DNA from: Candidatus Latescibacterota bacterium
GTDB lineage: Bacteria > Latescibacterota > UBA2968 > GCA-2709665
DNA length: 64,000 nucleotides
Reading direction: 5' to 3'
Assembly: GCA_965248435.1 (NCBI GenBank)
Contig: OZ252100.1
Span: 1,728,001-1,792,000, forward strand
Positions 19,582 to 29,387 of this stretch are shown piece after piece; within the stretch, counting starts at the first letter, position 1; each line of letters opens with the position of its first letter. The notes under the pieces are model-generated. The model saw only the letters and a program-made list of their open reading frames with translations. It was not told where the DNA came from and made no database searches. A program made the translations under genes and the position numbers.

Positions 19582-20757
19582 ATGAAAGTGGAATATGCTT
19601 GCCTCAAGGAACAGTTCGCTGATTCCAACGAGATCAGTGGAAAGAATAATCGGCCGATGAAGGTGAGATATACTAGCATCAAGGAACAGTTCGCTGATTC
19701 GGATGAAATCATAGAAGAGATCAGAAGACTGGTCGCCAGGGGTGACTTCACTCTGGGTGCGCAGGTAGACGAATTCGAATCCAGGTTCGCCCAGCTAGTC
19801 GGAGCAAAGTATGCTGTTGGTGTCAACAGTGGGACGGACGCCTTGATGCTGAGCCTGAAGGCCCTTGGGGTCGGTCCGGGAGATGAGGTCATTACCGCTG
19901 CGAATACGTTTGTGGCCACCGCAGGAGCCATCAATGCTGTAGGTGCGCGGCCTGTATTCGTGGACGTTGCACCCTACTACACGATGGACCCAACTCGGGT
20001 CGAGGATGCGATTACCGAAAAGACGAAGGCCATTCTCCCAGTACACCTGACGGGTGAGCCGGCGGATATGGATGAGCTTCTGGCCCTGAGTCGTAAATAC
20101 GGGATTCAGATCGTCGAAGACGCCTGCCAGGCGATTCTAGCGGAGTATAAGGGCCGCAAAGCAGGAACCTTCGGAGCGATGGCCGGCTTCAGCCTGCACC
20201 CCCTGAAGAATCTAAACGTCTGGGGCGACGCCGGCATGATTGTTACGAATTCCGAGGAACACTACGGGGCATTGAGGTTGCTTCGAAACCACGGGTTGAA
20301 GAACAGAGACGAAATTGAGTTGTTTGGATACAACTCGCGTTTGGATACACTTCAAGCCATAGTCGGAAACTGGTTGATTGATAAAGTGGACCACATCACC
20401 GAAAAGCGAAGGGAAAACGCCCGACGATACGACGCGGCGTTCAATCTACTGAATGGATCACTCACACTCCCAACTCGGCGGACTCACGTTAAACACGTAT
20501 ATCACCTGTATGTTCTACAGGCTGAAGGTCGAGACGAGTTGCTCTCGCACATGACCGAGAACGGGATCTCGGTCAAGATCCATTACCCCATTCCGCTGCA
20601 TCTGCAGAAGGGTCTTGCCCATCTGGGATACAGGAAGGGCGATTTCCCGGAGGCTGAACGCCAGGCATCCTGTATCCTTACGCTTCCAGTCGACCAGCAC
20701 TTGACCGAGGATCAGCAGCAGGCGGTGATTGACGCTGTCGAGTCCTTTTACACCTGA
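19582..20757 (+). CDS. DegT/DnrJ/EryC1/StrS aminotransferase with duplicated N-terminus (second ATG at 19657)
   Basis: NSGTDAL, GPGDEVI, PVHLTG, EDACQA, FSLHPLKNL, GYNSRLD. Confidence 0.93.
   Translation: MKVEYACLKEQFADSNEISGKNNRPMKVRYTSIKEQFADSDEIIEEIRRLVARGDFTLGAQVDEFESRFAQLVGAKYAVGVNSGTDALMLSLKALGVGPGDEVITAANTFVATAGAINAVGARPVFVDVAPYYTMDPTRVEDAITEKTKAILPVHLTGEPADMDELLALSRKYGIQIVEDACQAILAEYKGRKAGTFGAMAGFSLHPLKNLNVWGDAGMIVTNSEEHYGALRLLRNHGLKNRDEIELFGYNSRLDTLQAIVGNWLIDKVDHITEKRRENARRYDAAFNLLNGSLTLPTRRTHVKHVYHLYVLQAEGRDELLSHMTENGISVKIHYPIPLHLQKGLAHLGYRKGDFPEAERQASCILTLPVDQHLTEDQQQAVIDAVESFYT
19604..19700 (+). repeat. Direct repeat TCAAGGAACAGTTCGCTGATTC x2 (19604-19625, 19679-19700), period 75 nt
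   Basis: Exact 22-nt match within a diverged 75-nt tandem duplication. Confidence 0.9.
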
Positions 20758-20766
20758 TAGGGCCAC

Positions 20767-21414
20767 ATGAATTTATCACGCCTATCTCCCATTCGTTTGG
20801 GGATCGACTTTGACAATACGATCGTCGACTACGACGACCTCTTTAGGGAGACGGCCAAGGCGTTTGCACACGAATTTCGCTCGAAGGAGGAACTTCGATA
20901 CCACGTTCGGACCCTACCGGACGGAGAAACCACCTGGCAACAGATTCAAGCCGAAGTGTATGGAGAGAGGGTATCGGAAGCGAAATCAGTCGAGGGGTTT
21001 GATGCTTTCGTGAGGCGTTGTGACGCACTCTCCGTCCCCATCTTCGTTGTAAGCCACAAAACGAATTTTGCTGCCCAGAATTCAGATGTGAATCTGAGGA
21101 AGGCGGCGCTGGAATGGATGGAATCGCAAGGCTTCTTCGATGATCCGGAGGCCGGCCTAGCGCGATCTCGCGTGTTTTTTGAGGACTCACGAAAGTCCAA
21201 GATCTCGAGGATTCAAGACCTGCGATGCACGCATTTTATTGATGACTTAAGGGAAGTGTTCCTCGAGGAAAAGTTCCCAGAAGGTATCGTCAAGATCCTG
21301 CTTTCAAAGCACCGTCAGGAAGAGTTGAATGGGATTCTCACATTGGGTTCGTGGCAAGAAATATCGGGGTTTCTTCTTGGCAGGGAGTTATCGGGAATTG
21401 TCAGAGCGAATTAG
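20767..21414 (+). CDS. HAD-superfamily hydrolase
   Basis: GIDFDNTI motif I, VSHK, THFIDD motif IV. Confidence 0.8.
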   Translation: MNLSRLSPIRLGIDFDNTIVDYDDLFRETAKAFAHEFRSKEELRYHVRTLPDGETTWQQIQAEVYGERVSEAKSVEGFDAFVRRCDALSVPIFVVSHKTNFAAQNSDVNLRKAALEWMESQGFFDDPEAGLARSRVFFEDSRKSKISRIQDLRCTHFIDDLREVFLEEKFPEGIVKILLSKHRQEELNGILTLGSWQEISGFLLGRELSGIVRAN

Positions 21415-22435
21415 AGAGACGATCCAGAATCGGTTCAATAGCAAATTGATCCGGTTGGAGCAGATAAAGAGCGGAAACAACCGGGTGCTGAAAGCCTGCT
21501 GCGAGAATCATCGGTACTTTCTCGTCAAGGTATATCCTTTGACAGAAGATGATCAGCGGGATCGTCTGGGTGTCGAATTCCAGGCGTTGACATTCCTCCG
21601 AAAGAATGGGATGGTCGCTGTTCCAAGACCTCTCCACGCGGAAAGGAAAGAGGGTTTTGCTGTCTACGAGTTTATCGAGGGAACACCGATTCGACAAAAC
21701 GGTGTGGGCAGAGAGGATATTGAAATTGTAACCGACTTCTTGAAGGAACTCTCAGAGCTTTCGTTACTTCCTAACAGTGCCTCTTTGCCTGCCGCTTCGG
21801 AGGCTTGTGGGTCTTACAGTTCTTACGCGAATTCGCTCGAGCGGCGATTGAAGAGACTGCAAGCCATTTCCAGCGAGACCTCCCTGCACGAAGAAGCACA
21901 GCTGTTCTTAGAAACAGAGTTTATCCCTGTTTTCGAGGACACCAGGGCGCATTACTACGAAGCGCTGTCTGCAGTCAGCCTGGATCCTTCCGAGGGATTC
22001 CGTCGGGACCAGATGACGCTCAGTCCTTCCGACTTCGGGTTTCACAACGCCATCAAGAAGGCCGCGGGCGGTATCGCCTTTGTCGATTTCGAGTACTTCG
22101 GGTGGGACGATCCGGCGAAGATGATCGGAGATTTCCTTCACCACGCAGCCTTTTCATTGTCTGAAGATCTGAAGCAGTTGTTTATGAAGAATATGCTGAG
22201 CGTGTTTGGCCGAGACGGATCATTGCCCGACCGGGTGCGGCTGGTTCATCCCCTCATCGGTCTGAAGTGGTGTATGATCCTACTCAATGAGTTCCTGCCC
22301 GGTCCCCTTGAAAGGAGAAAGGCAGGGAATGGTTCTCTGACTATAGAGGACGCTTTGAATGGGCAATTGATGAAGGCGAGAAGAAAGCTCTCTGAGGTTG
22401 TAGAACAACGTAATTTGACTTACGAGGTTGCCTGA
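21398..22435 (+). CDS. Aminoglycoside phosphotransferase/choline kinase-like protein
   Basis: GNNRV, LVKVY, YEFIEG, SPSDFGFHN, FVDFEYFGWDDP; start uncertain (ORF opens at 21329). Confidence 0.8.
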   Translation: MSERIRETIQNRFNSKLIRLEQIKSGNNRVLKACCENHRYFLVKVYPLTEDDQRDRLGVEFQALTFLRKNGMVAVPRPLHAERKEGFAVYEFIEGTPIRQNGVGREDIEIVTDFLKELSELSLLPNSASLPAASEACGSYSSYANSLERRLKRLQAISSETSLHEEAQLFLETEFIPVFEDTRAHYYEALSAVSLDPSEGFRRDQMTLSPSDFGFHNAIKKAAGGIAFVDFEYFGWDDPAKMIGDFLHHAAFSLSEDLKQLFMKNMLSVFGRDGSLPDRVRLVHPLIGLKWCMILLNEFLPGPLERRKAGNGSLTIEDALNGQLMKARRKLSEVVEQRNLTYEVA

Positions 22436-23257
22436 ATGGAGAACGACCGTCTGGATACCCGATCTCTGGAGTTGAGAAGAGACATCGTCTCTATGGTCGA
22501 ATATGGCGGCAGGGGTCATCTGGCCTCGGCATTTTCACTCGTAGAGATTCTGAGGGTGCTCTACGACGACATCTTGAAGGTGAGGCCGGGACAACCCGGT
22601 TGGTCGCACCGTGATCGCATGATCCTGAGCAAGGGGCACGGCTGCCTTGCGCTGTATGCGGTTCTTGCCGATAGAGGTTTTTTCGACAAAGAAGAATTCA
22701 AACGTGTCTGCAAATCTGACGGCATTCTCGGAGGTCACCCGGAATTCCCGAAGGTGCCCGGTGTGGAGGCGTCCACAGGCGCCCTTGGACACGGGATCTC
22801 GATCGGTATCGGCATGGCACTCTATGCCAAACACGAGGGGATGGGTCATAGGGTCTTCGTAGTGATCGGTGACGGGGAATGCAATGAAGGGTCCATATGG
22901 GAGGGAGCCCTTTCGGCAAGCAAACACGCGCTGGATAACCTTAGCGTCGTCATCGACTGTAACAAGATGCAGTCTTACGCCAGTACCTCAGAGGTCCTGA
23001 ACCTCGAGCCATTTACTGACAAATGGAAGAGCTTCGGGTTCGAGGTAAGGGATGTCGATGGTCACGATGTAAAGAGCATGGGCGAAATCTTTCGAGAGTT
23101 GCCTTTCAACCCGGGAAAACCGAGTGCCGTGGTTTGCCATACGGTTAAAGGCAAGGGTGTTCCCTATGTAGAGAACAATCTGTCCTGGCACCACAAAAGC
23201 CGAATGAAAGAAGAGGAAGTGTCATCGCTTTACGCGGACTTAAGGAGTGAAGCTTGA
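22436..23257 (+). CDS. Transketolase N-terminal (TPP-binding) subunit
   Basis: GHLASAFS, LSKGHG, STGALGHG, GDGECNEG, HTVKGKG. Confidence 0.93.
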   Translation: MENDRLDTRSLELRRDIVSMVEYGGRGHLASAFSLVEILRVLYDDILKVRPGQPGWSHRDRMILSKGHGCLALYAVLADRGFFDKEEFKRVCKSDGILGGHPEFPKVPGVEASTGALGHGISIGIGMALYAKHEGMGHRVFVVIGDGECNEGSIWEGALSASKHALDNLSVVIDCNKMQSYASTSEVLNLEPFTDKWKSFGFEVRDVDGHDVKSMGEIFRELPFNPGKPSAVVCHTVKGKGVPYVENNLSWHHKSRMKEEEVSSLYADLRSEA

Positions 23258-24198
23258 GAGCGACAGCGCTTGAGTGTGTCACGGAACAGGCTCGGATTGA
23301 CAACAGGATATTCTTCATCGGATCGGACCTTGGTGAAGGCACTCTTGATGAGTTCAAACAGGATATGCCGGACCGCTTCCTGATGGAAGGGATATCCGAG
23401 GCGAACATCATTGGGCTGGCGGCGGGTCTGGCACTGGAAGGTAAGATTCCATACGTAAACACGATTGCGACCTTTCTGACGCGGCGGTGCTTCGAACAGA
23501 TCGCCATTGATCTATGTCTGCATAATCTGAAGGTTCGACTGATCGGCAACGGGGGAGGGCTTGTGTATGCTCCACTGGGACCTACCCATATGGCGATCGA
23601 GGATCTGGCGATCATGCGTTCGCTGCCGAACATGACCGTCGTCGCCCCTGCGGATGCCGATGAAATGCGTCGATTGATGCCACTCACGGTGGATTATCCC
23701 GGCCCCATCTATATCCGGCTGGCAAAAGGCTACGAGCCCATCGTGACTACAAATGATGTTCCCTTCCAGATCGGAAGGGCGATTCCGATGCGTGAGGGGT
23801 CCGATGTGCTGATCGTGACAACAGGCATCACGCTGAAAATGGCTCTGTCAGCCTCAGAGCATCTTAGCCAGGCGGGCATCGAGGCCGCTGTCCTCCACGT
23901 ACCAACAATCAAGCCTCTGGACATCGATGCGATTTTGAATATGGCTGCTTCGGTCAGAGCGATCGTGACAGTGGAGGAACATACTATTACGGGAGGCCTG
24001 GGCAGTGCGGTGGCGGAAGTGATCTCAGAGGCAGATTTTGAAACACCTAAATTGTTTCGTCGGATCGGCATACCAGACACCTTTCCGGATCAATATGGAT
24101 CTCAGAAGAGCCTTATGTCTCGCTACAACATTACTCCAGAGGAGATTGCTTCCGTAGCCGAAAGAACTCTGGAAAAAGCGAAGAGATCCCTCTTTTAG
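23254..24198 (+). CDS. Transketolase C-terminal subunit
   Basis: GISEANIIG, LGPTHMAIED, YIRL, TIKPLD, VEEH..GGLGS. Confidence 0.93.
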   Translation: MRATALECVTEQARIDNRIFFIGSDLGEGTLDEFKQDMPDRFLMEGISEANIIGLAAGLALEGKIPYVNTIATFLTRRCFEQIAIDLCLHNLKVRLIGNGGGLVYAPLGPTHMAIEDLAIMRSLPNMTVVAPADADEMRRLMPLTVDYPGPIYIRLAKGYEPIVTTNDVPFQIGRAIPMREGSDVLIVTTGITLKMALSASEHLSQAGIEAAVLHVPTIKPLDIDAILNMAASVRAIVTVEEHTITGGLGSAVAEVISEADFETPKLFRRIGIPDTFPDQYGSQKSLMSRYNITPEEIASVAERTLEKAKRSLF

Positions 24199-24210
24199 AA
24201 AGGATTGCTC

Positions 24211-24873
24211 GTGGGAAAGCTCCTCAATCTTTTCACCCCGCTTCACAGACGGACCAAACGCGACTACTTGGGGCGGATGATGGATGACAAAGTGCATTGT
24301 ATGATGAAGGCAAAGGAGTATAAACTCGATTATTGGGACGGCGACCGGAGGTACGGATACGGCGGGTACGTCTACGATGGCCGCTGGAAGGGGGTTGCCG
24401 AGGAGTTTATCCAGATCTACGACCTGAGGAACGATTCCAGGATTCTGGACGTTGGGTGCGGTAAAGGTCATCTGCTTTACGAACTGAAAAAGCTGTTGCC
24501 GAACGCATACATTCAGGGCTTGGATATCTCCAGACACGGAATCGGAGATGCGCCGGAAGCGATAAAGGATTCCCTCTTCATCCATCGGGCTGAGGAGGCC
24601 CTCCCCTATGAGGACGACGAGTATGACCTCGTTATCTCCCTAGGATGCCTGCACAATTTGCGCCTCTTCCAACTTGAAACGGCAGTAGCGGAAATAGAGC
24701 GCGTAGGAAAAACGAAATATGTCATGGTGGAAAGCTACCGGAATGAACAGGAACTGTTCAACCTTCAGTGCTGGGCGTTGACCGCGGAAACATTCCTCGA
24801 CAAAGAGGAGTGGGTTTGGATTTACGACCACTTCGACTACACCGGGGACTACGAATTCATATACTTTGAATGA
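24211..24873 (+). CDS. Class I SAM-dependent methyltransferase
   Basis: YWDGDRRYGYGGY, ILDVGCGKG, GLDIS; GTG start after AAGGA. Confidence 0.88.
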   Translation: MGKLLNLFTPLHRRTKRDYLGRMMDDKVHCMMKAKEYKLDYWDGDRRYGYGGYVYDGRWKGVAEEFIQIYDLRNDSRILDVGCGKGHLLYELKKLLPNAYIQGLDISRHGIGDAPEAIKDSLFIHRAEEALPYEDDEYDLVISLGCLHNLRLFQLETAVAEIERVGKTKYVMVESYRNEQELFNLQCWALTAETFLDKEEWVWIYDHFDYTGDYEFIYFE

Positions 24874-24886
24874 ATCGGAGTAGATC

Positions 24887-25936
24887 TTGATTTCACGAGC
24901 TGTCAAAGCTGCAATCCTGGTCGAGTTGAATCAGCCGCTCGTCGTGGCCGATATCGAACTTCCAAAAGAGTTATGCTTCGGCCAAGTGCTGGTAAAGGTC
25001 CATTATAGTGGCATCTGTGGAGCCCAGATCAACGAGATCGAGGGAGCCAAGGGCCCGGACAAGTTTCTACCCCACCTGCTCGGTCACGAGGGTTCGGCGA
25101 CCGTGCTGGATGTAGGACCAGGCGTGAAGACGGTCAAGAAGGACGATCACGTCGTAATGCACTGGCGGCCGAGCAGCGGGCTGCAGTCGGAGACGCCGTC
25201 CTATCGCTGGAACGGCCGCGAGTTGAACGCGGGGTGGGTGACTACCTTCAATAACTATGCCGTTGTGTCAGAAAATCGCCTCACCCCCATCCCGAAGGAT
25301 TTCGACCTGAAACTCGCGCCCCTGTTCGGCTGCGCGGTGACAACGGCGATGGGTGTGATCAATAACGACGCCCGCGTCAAGATCGGGCAGTCCGTGGTGA
25401 TCTTTGGAGTCGGTGGCGTGGGACTAAATATCGCGCAGGCCGCCAGCATGGTATCAGCACATCCGATTGTTGCGGTGGATCTGTCTGATTCAAAGCTCGA
25501 GATGGCCAGGAAATTTGGGGTCACCGACGTGTTAAACGCCAATACGGCGTCCAACCTGGCAACACAAATCCTTGAGATTGTCGGGGAGCGTGGTGCGGAT
25601 GTGGTTGTGGACACGACAGGAAATTCCCGTGTGATCGAACAAGCTTACGAGCTGACCCATCCCGACGGAAAGACGATTCTTGTTGGTGTGCCCTCGAAGG
25701 GGGACAATATCTCCATCTATTCCCTTCCGCTGCACTTCAAAAAAGTCCTCACCGGCTCCCACGGGGGCAGCTCCGAACCCCACCTTGAGATCCCGCGCTA
25801 CATCCGTCTCTGCCGAACCGGCAGGATGCAACTGGACGGCCTCATCACCCACGAATTCAGCCTGGATCAGATCAACGAAGCCATTGAGGTGGTCAGCAAC
25901 CGCGAGGCCGGTCGAGTTCTTGTTGTTATGGATTGA
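24887..25936 (+). CDS. Zinc-binding (MDR) dehydrogenase
   Basis: SGICG, LGHEG, GCAVTT, GVGGVG. Confidence 0.9.
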   Translation: MISRAVKAAILVELNQPLVVADIELPKELCFGQVLVKVHYSGICGAQINEIEGAKGPDKFLPHLLGHEGSATVLDVGPGVKTVKKDDHVVMHWRPSSGLQSETPSYRWNGRELNAGWVTTFNNYAVVSENRLTPIPKDFDLKLAPLFGCAVTTAMGVINNDARVKIGQSVVIFGVGGVGLNIAQAASMVSAHPIVAVDLSDSKLEMARKFGVTDVLNANTASNLATQILEIVGERGADVVVDTTGNSRVIEQAYELTHPDGKTILVGVPSKGDNISIYSLPLHFKKVLTGSHGGSSEPHLEIPRYIRLCRTGRMQLDGLITHEFSLDQINEAIEVVSNREAGRVLVVMD

Positions 25937-25975
25937 GAGCTACTGGATCTTACGGCGATATGAAAGGTGATTTAG

Positions 25976-27085
25976 ATGGAGGTTCGTTATCTCGACCTGA
26001 GTGTGCGTGATCCTCTTCTCAAGAAGGACCTGTTGGGCGCGGTCGAAAATATTTTGAGACACGGTCAAGTCTTGCTGGGCCCTGAGGTGGAAGAACTTGA
26101 ATCGAAGTTGGCAGATTACTGTGACCGAAGATTCGCCGTAGGTGTCAGTTCCGGGACAGACGCCCTCTATCTGGCGCTTCGGGCCCTAGGCATCGGCCCC
26201 GGTGACGAGGTCATCACCACTCCCCTGTCGTGGATTGCGACGGTCAACGCCATCGTAGTGGCAGGTGCGACGCCGGTTTTCGTCGACATCGGCACCGATT
26301 TGAACATCAACGCCGACCTGATATCCAGCGCGGTCACGCCCCGTACCAAGGCCATCGTTCCGGTTCACTTTAGCGGCAAGATGTGTGATATGGACCGAAT
26401 CTGCACGGTCGCTGACGAACACGACCTTAGCATCGTTGAGGACGCAGCTCAGGCATTCGGGGCCCATTTAGGACCCGGTCGACGGGCCGGCTCCTTTGGC
26501 CGGGTTGCTTGCTTTAGTATGAACCCAATGAAGGTCCTCCACTCCTATGGCGAGGCGGGGGCGGTGCTCACCAACGACAAAACGCTCAGGGATACGATCG
26601 TTACTCTCCGTTATGCAGGAACCGTTAACCGTGAGGATTGTCACCATCCCTGCCTCAACTTCCGCATCCAGACAATCCAGGCGGCGCTTCTCTTGGTCGA
26701 GTTCAATCGGATTGATCGCATCGTCCAACGTCGCCGAGAAATCGCTGGGACATACGGTGAAGGCCTACGGAGTGTGGTCGAGTGTCCCCAGGAAGACCCT
26801 GGCTCCAGCCATGTGTACTATACATACACAGTCCAGGCAGAAAATCGGGACCAACTCAAACACTTCCTGGCAGGCAAAGGCATTGAGACCAAGATTCACC
26901 ACGCCCTGCTGGCGCCGAATCATTCCGCCTACAAAGGCAAGTTCAGGGTAAACATCCCAACTGCCGAGCGCTTACACAAAAGGATCCTCTCCATCCCTAA
27001 TCACGAGAAGATGACGAACGCCGAAGTCGAATATGTCATTTCGTCTATCCAGAAGTTCTATGGAGCCACGTTAGCAACGCGATAG
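25976..27085 (+). CDS. DegT/DnrJ/EryC1/StrS aminotransferase
   Basis: SSGTDAL, GDEVIT, PVHFSG, EDAAQA, FSMNPMKVL. Confidence 0.92.
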   Translation: MEVRYLDLSVRDPLLKKDLLGAVENILRHGQVLLGPEVEELESKLADYCDRRFAVGVSSGTDALYLALRALGIGPGDEVITTPLSWIATVNAIVVAGATPVFVDIGTDLNINADLISSAVTPRTKAIVPVHFSGKMCDMDRICTVADEHDLSIVEDAAQAFGAHLGPGRRAGSFGRVACFSMNPMKVLHSYGEAGAVLTNDKTLRDTIVTLRYAGTVNREDCHHPCLNFRIQTIQAALLLVEFNRIDRIVQRRREIAGTYGEGLRSVVECPQEDPGSSHVYYTYTVQAENRDQLKHFLAGKGIETKIHHALLAPNHSAYKGKFRVNIPTAERLHKRILSIPNHEKMTNAEVEYVISSIQKFYGATLATR

Positions 27086-27150
27086 CCGCGAACGATAATG
27101 TTTTGCTCCGTTCCGTCGCGCCTAATAAAGCGAGGCGAAGAGAAAAGTCG

Positions 27151-28353
27151 ATGAAATCATGCCACCTCTGTAGGACCGAGCCAGTTAGGGAACTGTTTGA
27201 TTTCGGAATGCAGCCAATTTCCAACCGTTATCTAATGAATCCTGACGATGACGAGTACACCTATCCTATGGCAGTCAGCCAGTGTTCCGAATGTGGGCTT
27301 ATCCAAATCAGCAACCCGGTGCCTCCAGCAGAGCTCTTACCTCCCTATGATTGGATCACATACAATGAGCCTGAAGAACACCTCGATCACATGGTGGATA
27401 TGCTATGCAACCTGCCCGGCCTAACAAACAAATCCCAAATTTGCGGTTTTACCTTCAAGGACGACTCATCCCTGACACGTTTGAAAAAGCGTGGATTCAA
27501 GCGCACCTGGAGAATAGATCCAAAGGATGACCTGGGCATTGATGACACGCGAGCAGGTATTGAAACTGTTCAACATCATTTCACAGATAGAGCAGCGAGT
27601 CGAATTGTTCAAAGGCGTGGCAGACCGGATGTCGTTATTGCCAGGCACATTCTGGAACACGCACAGGATCTGCGTGGATTTATGAAGGCGCTCAAACAGC
27701 TGGTCAGTCCTAAAGGGTATATCATTGTTGAGGTTCCTGATTCTACACAAGCCTTAAAGAATTTCGACTATGCGACCTTGTGGGAAGAACATTGCCTCTA
27801 CTTTACTCCTGAAACCTTTCAAAACTCCTTCGCCTTTGGAGGTTTCTCCCTCGTTGGTTTGGAGAGTTACTCATATCCTTTCGAGAACTCTCTGGTCGGT
27901 ATTATGCGGCTCCAAGGGGATCTAGCCTCTTCTTTCCCTGCTGAGCAGATTCTGGAAGAGGAGAGACTCAGAGCACAGACCTACTTTGATCGTGTTGAAA
28001 AGAGTCGCAAAACTTTCAACAAATATCTCTCAGAGTTTCGCCATCGCGAAGGTAAGATTGCGCTGTTCGGTGCGGGGCACCTTGGTTGCGCCTTTGTCAA
28101 TCTAATGGGACTAAAAAGTCAGATTGAATTCTTCGTAGACGACAACCCGAACAAGCGAGGACTCTTTATGCCTGGTTCCCACCTTCCCATCTATGGGTCC
28201 TCAGCCCTAGTTAAGAAAAACGTCAAACTCTGTCTGTTAGGTCTCAATCCCTTGAGTGAAGAGAGAGTAATTCTGAACAATTCTGATTTCACGAAAAGCG
28301 GAGGAATCTTCGCGTCTATCTTTCCTGGCAGCAAGCATTCAATGCGGCCGTGA
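27151..28353 (+). CDS. NDP-hexose C-methyltransferase-like protein
   Basis: N-terminal Zn motif CHLC...CSECGLIQ, RHILEH, EVPD, EEHCLYFT, FGAGH, VDDNPNKRGLFMPG; SAM motif I is degenerate. Confidence 0.82.
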   Translation: MKSCHLCRTEPVRELFDFGMQPISNRYLMNPDDDEYTYPMAVSQCSECGLIQISNPVPPAELLPPYDWITYNEPEEHLDHMVDMLCNLPGLTNKSQICGFTFKDDSSLTRLKKRGFKRTWRIDPKDDLGIDDTRAGIETVQHHFTDRAASRIVQRRGRPDVVIARHILEHAQDLRGFMKALKQLVSPKGYIIVEVPDSTQALKNFDYATLWEEHCLYFTPETFQNSFAFGGFSLVGLESYSYPFENSLVGIMRLQGDLASSFPAEQILEEERLRAQTYFDRVEKSRKTFNKYLSEFRHREGKIALFGAGHLGCAFVNLMGLKSQIEFFVDDNPNKRGLFMPGSHLPIYGSSALVKKNVKLCLLGLNPLSEERVILNNSDFTKSGGIFASIFPGSKHSMRP

Positions 28354-28461
28354 AGAATCTGACAGGCGGCGTTAATCAAGAGAAATAGAGGATTATTTTA
28401 AAACACAGAAATTCGAATACGTCACTCTATCCATTCGGAATTTAAACAACCCGATGAACCA

Positions 28462-28986
28462 ATGAACTATTCAATCGCTAGCGACGAGGTGCTCTACACC
28501 ACGGAGCCTGTGACCGCGGTGAATCACGCCGACATACAACGCCTCATAGGCCTCGCGGCAAAGAATCCTAGGCAACGGATCCGTCTTTGCGCTCATCCAG
28601 ATACCGAGGACCGCCTTCACGAAATGCTCATCGTACACGCCAAGGGCACCTATGTGAGACCTCACAAGCATCCTGGTAAGAGTGAGTCATTCCACATGAT
28701 TGGTGGCCAACTCCAGGTCGTCTTGTTCGAGGACGACGGACGAGTCAAAGACGTAATCAGCATGGATGAGGTGCGCTCGGGCGACACTTTCTATTATCGC
28801 CTTTCCGAGGGCTGGTTTCACACTGTTATTCCTACCAGTACGGTCGTCGTCTTTCACGAGACTACGAACGGACCCTTCAAGCGAGAAGAGACCCTTTTTG
28901 CGCCCTGGGCTCCGGAGGAGGACAATTATGAGGCCCAAGAGCATTATCTGAAAGAATTGTCTTTAACGACGAGGTCCCGCCCTTGA
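28462..28986 (+). CDS. WbuC family cupin metalloprotein
   Basis: NPRQRIRLCAH, LHEMLI, YVRPHKH.GKSES, WFHT, ETTNGPF. Confidence 0.85.
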   Translation: MNYSIASDEVLYTTEPVTAVNHADIQRLIGLAAKNPRQRIRLCAHPDTEDRLHEMLIVHAKGTYVRPHKHPGKSESFHMIGGQLQVVLFEDDGRVKDVISMDEVRSGDTFYYRLSEGWFHTVIPTSTVVVFHETTNGPFKREETLFAPWAPEEDNYEAQEHYLKELSLTTRSRP

Positions 28987-29144
28987 ACGGAAAAATTTTC
29001 TTTCCGTCCCGAGGGCCGGGAAAGAAGGCCTGGTCCTTACCTCACAAAGTCTCCAAGCTTTTCCATCGTAAGATACATAAAATAAAGTAGTTATATATAA
29101 ATCGACGTTCGAATTCCCTCTACCAGAGAAGCGGGCTACAGGAC

Positions 29145-29160
29145 GGGCATAGGAATTGCT
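29145..29160 (+). promoter_or_regulatory. sigma54 promoter, block D
   Basis: GGGCATAGGAATTGCT (GG-N10-GC); preceded by AT-rich tract 29068-29102 and GGAAAAATTTTC at 28989. Confidence 0.7.
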
Positions 29161-29190
29161 TACACTCCCAATCGTCTTTGTCCAAACCGC

Positions 29191-29218
29191 TAAGCGTCTC
29201 TAAAGCCATTGCCGATAG
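29191..29218 (+). promoter_or_regulatory. sigma28 promoter, block D
   Basis: TAAG-N16-GCCGATAG, 45 bp after the sigma54 GG (36 and 44 bp in blocks A and B). Confidence 0.6.
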
Positions 29219-29387
29219 TGTAGATATTGCAGGTAGCGTTGGTGCCGAATGGTCACCTTCTTAAAGCGCCTGCTCAAACTTGCGAGAAAGACGACGCGCC
29301 GATGTAGATGGACAGACTACGCGAATGTTCGAGTCATCCTTCTTGATCCGATCTTGAGTCCAGCTTAGCATAAGGAGAAAACACAAC

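Noticed and set aside
14621-28986. Classic pseudaminic/legionaminic acid flagellin glycosylation pathway
   Set aside because: No NeuB-type synthase, PseG/PseH, Maf transferase or flagellin gene in the window
28987-29007. Inverted repeat ACGGAAA-N7-TTTCCGT as an intrinsic terminator
   Set aside because: No U-tract follows; it overlaps the enhancer-like GGAAAAATTTTC, so its role is ambiguous
29298-29305. Second GCCGAT in the block D leader
   Set aside because: No -35 element at the proper spacing
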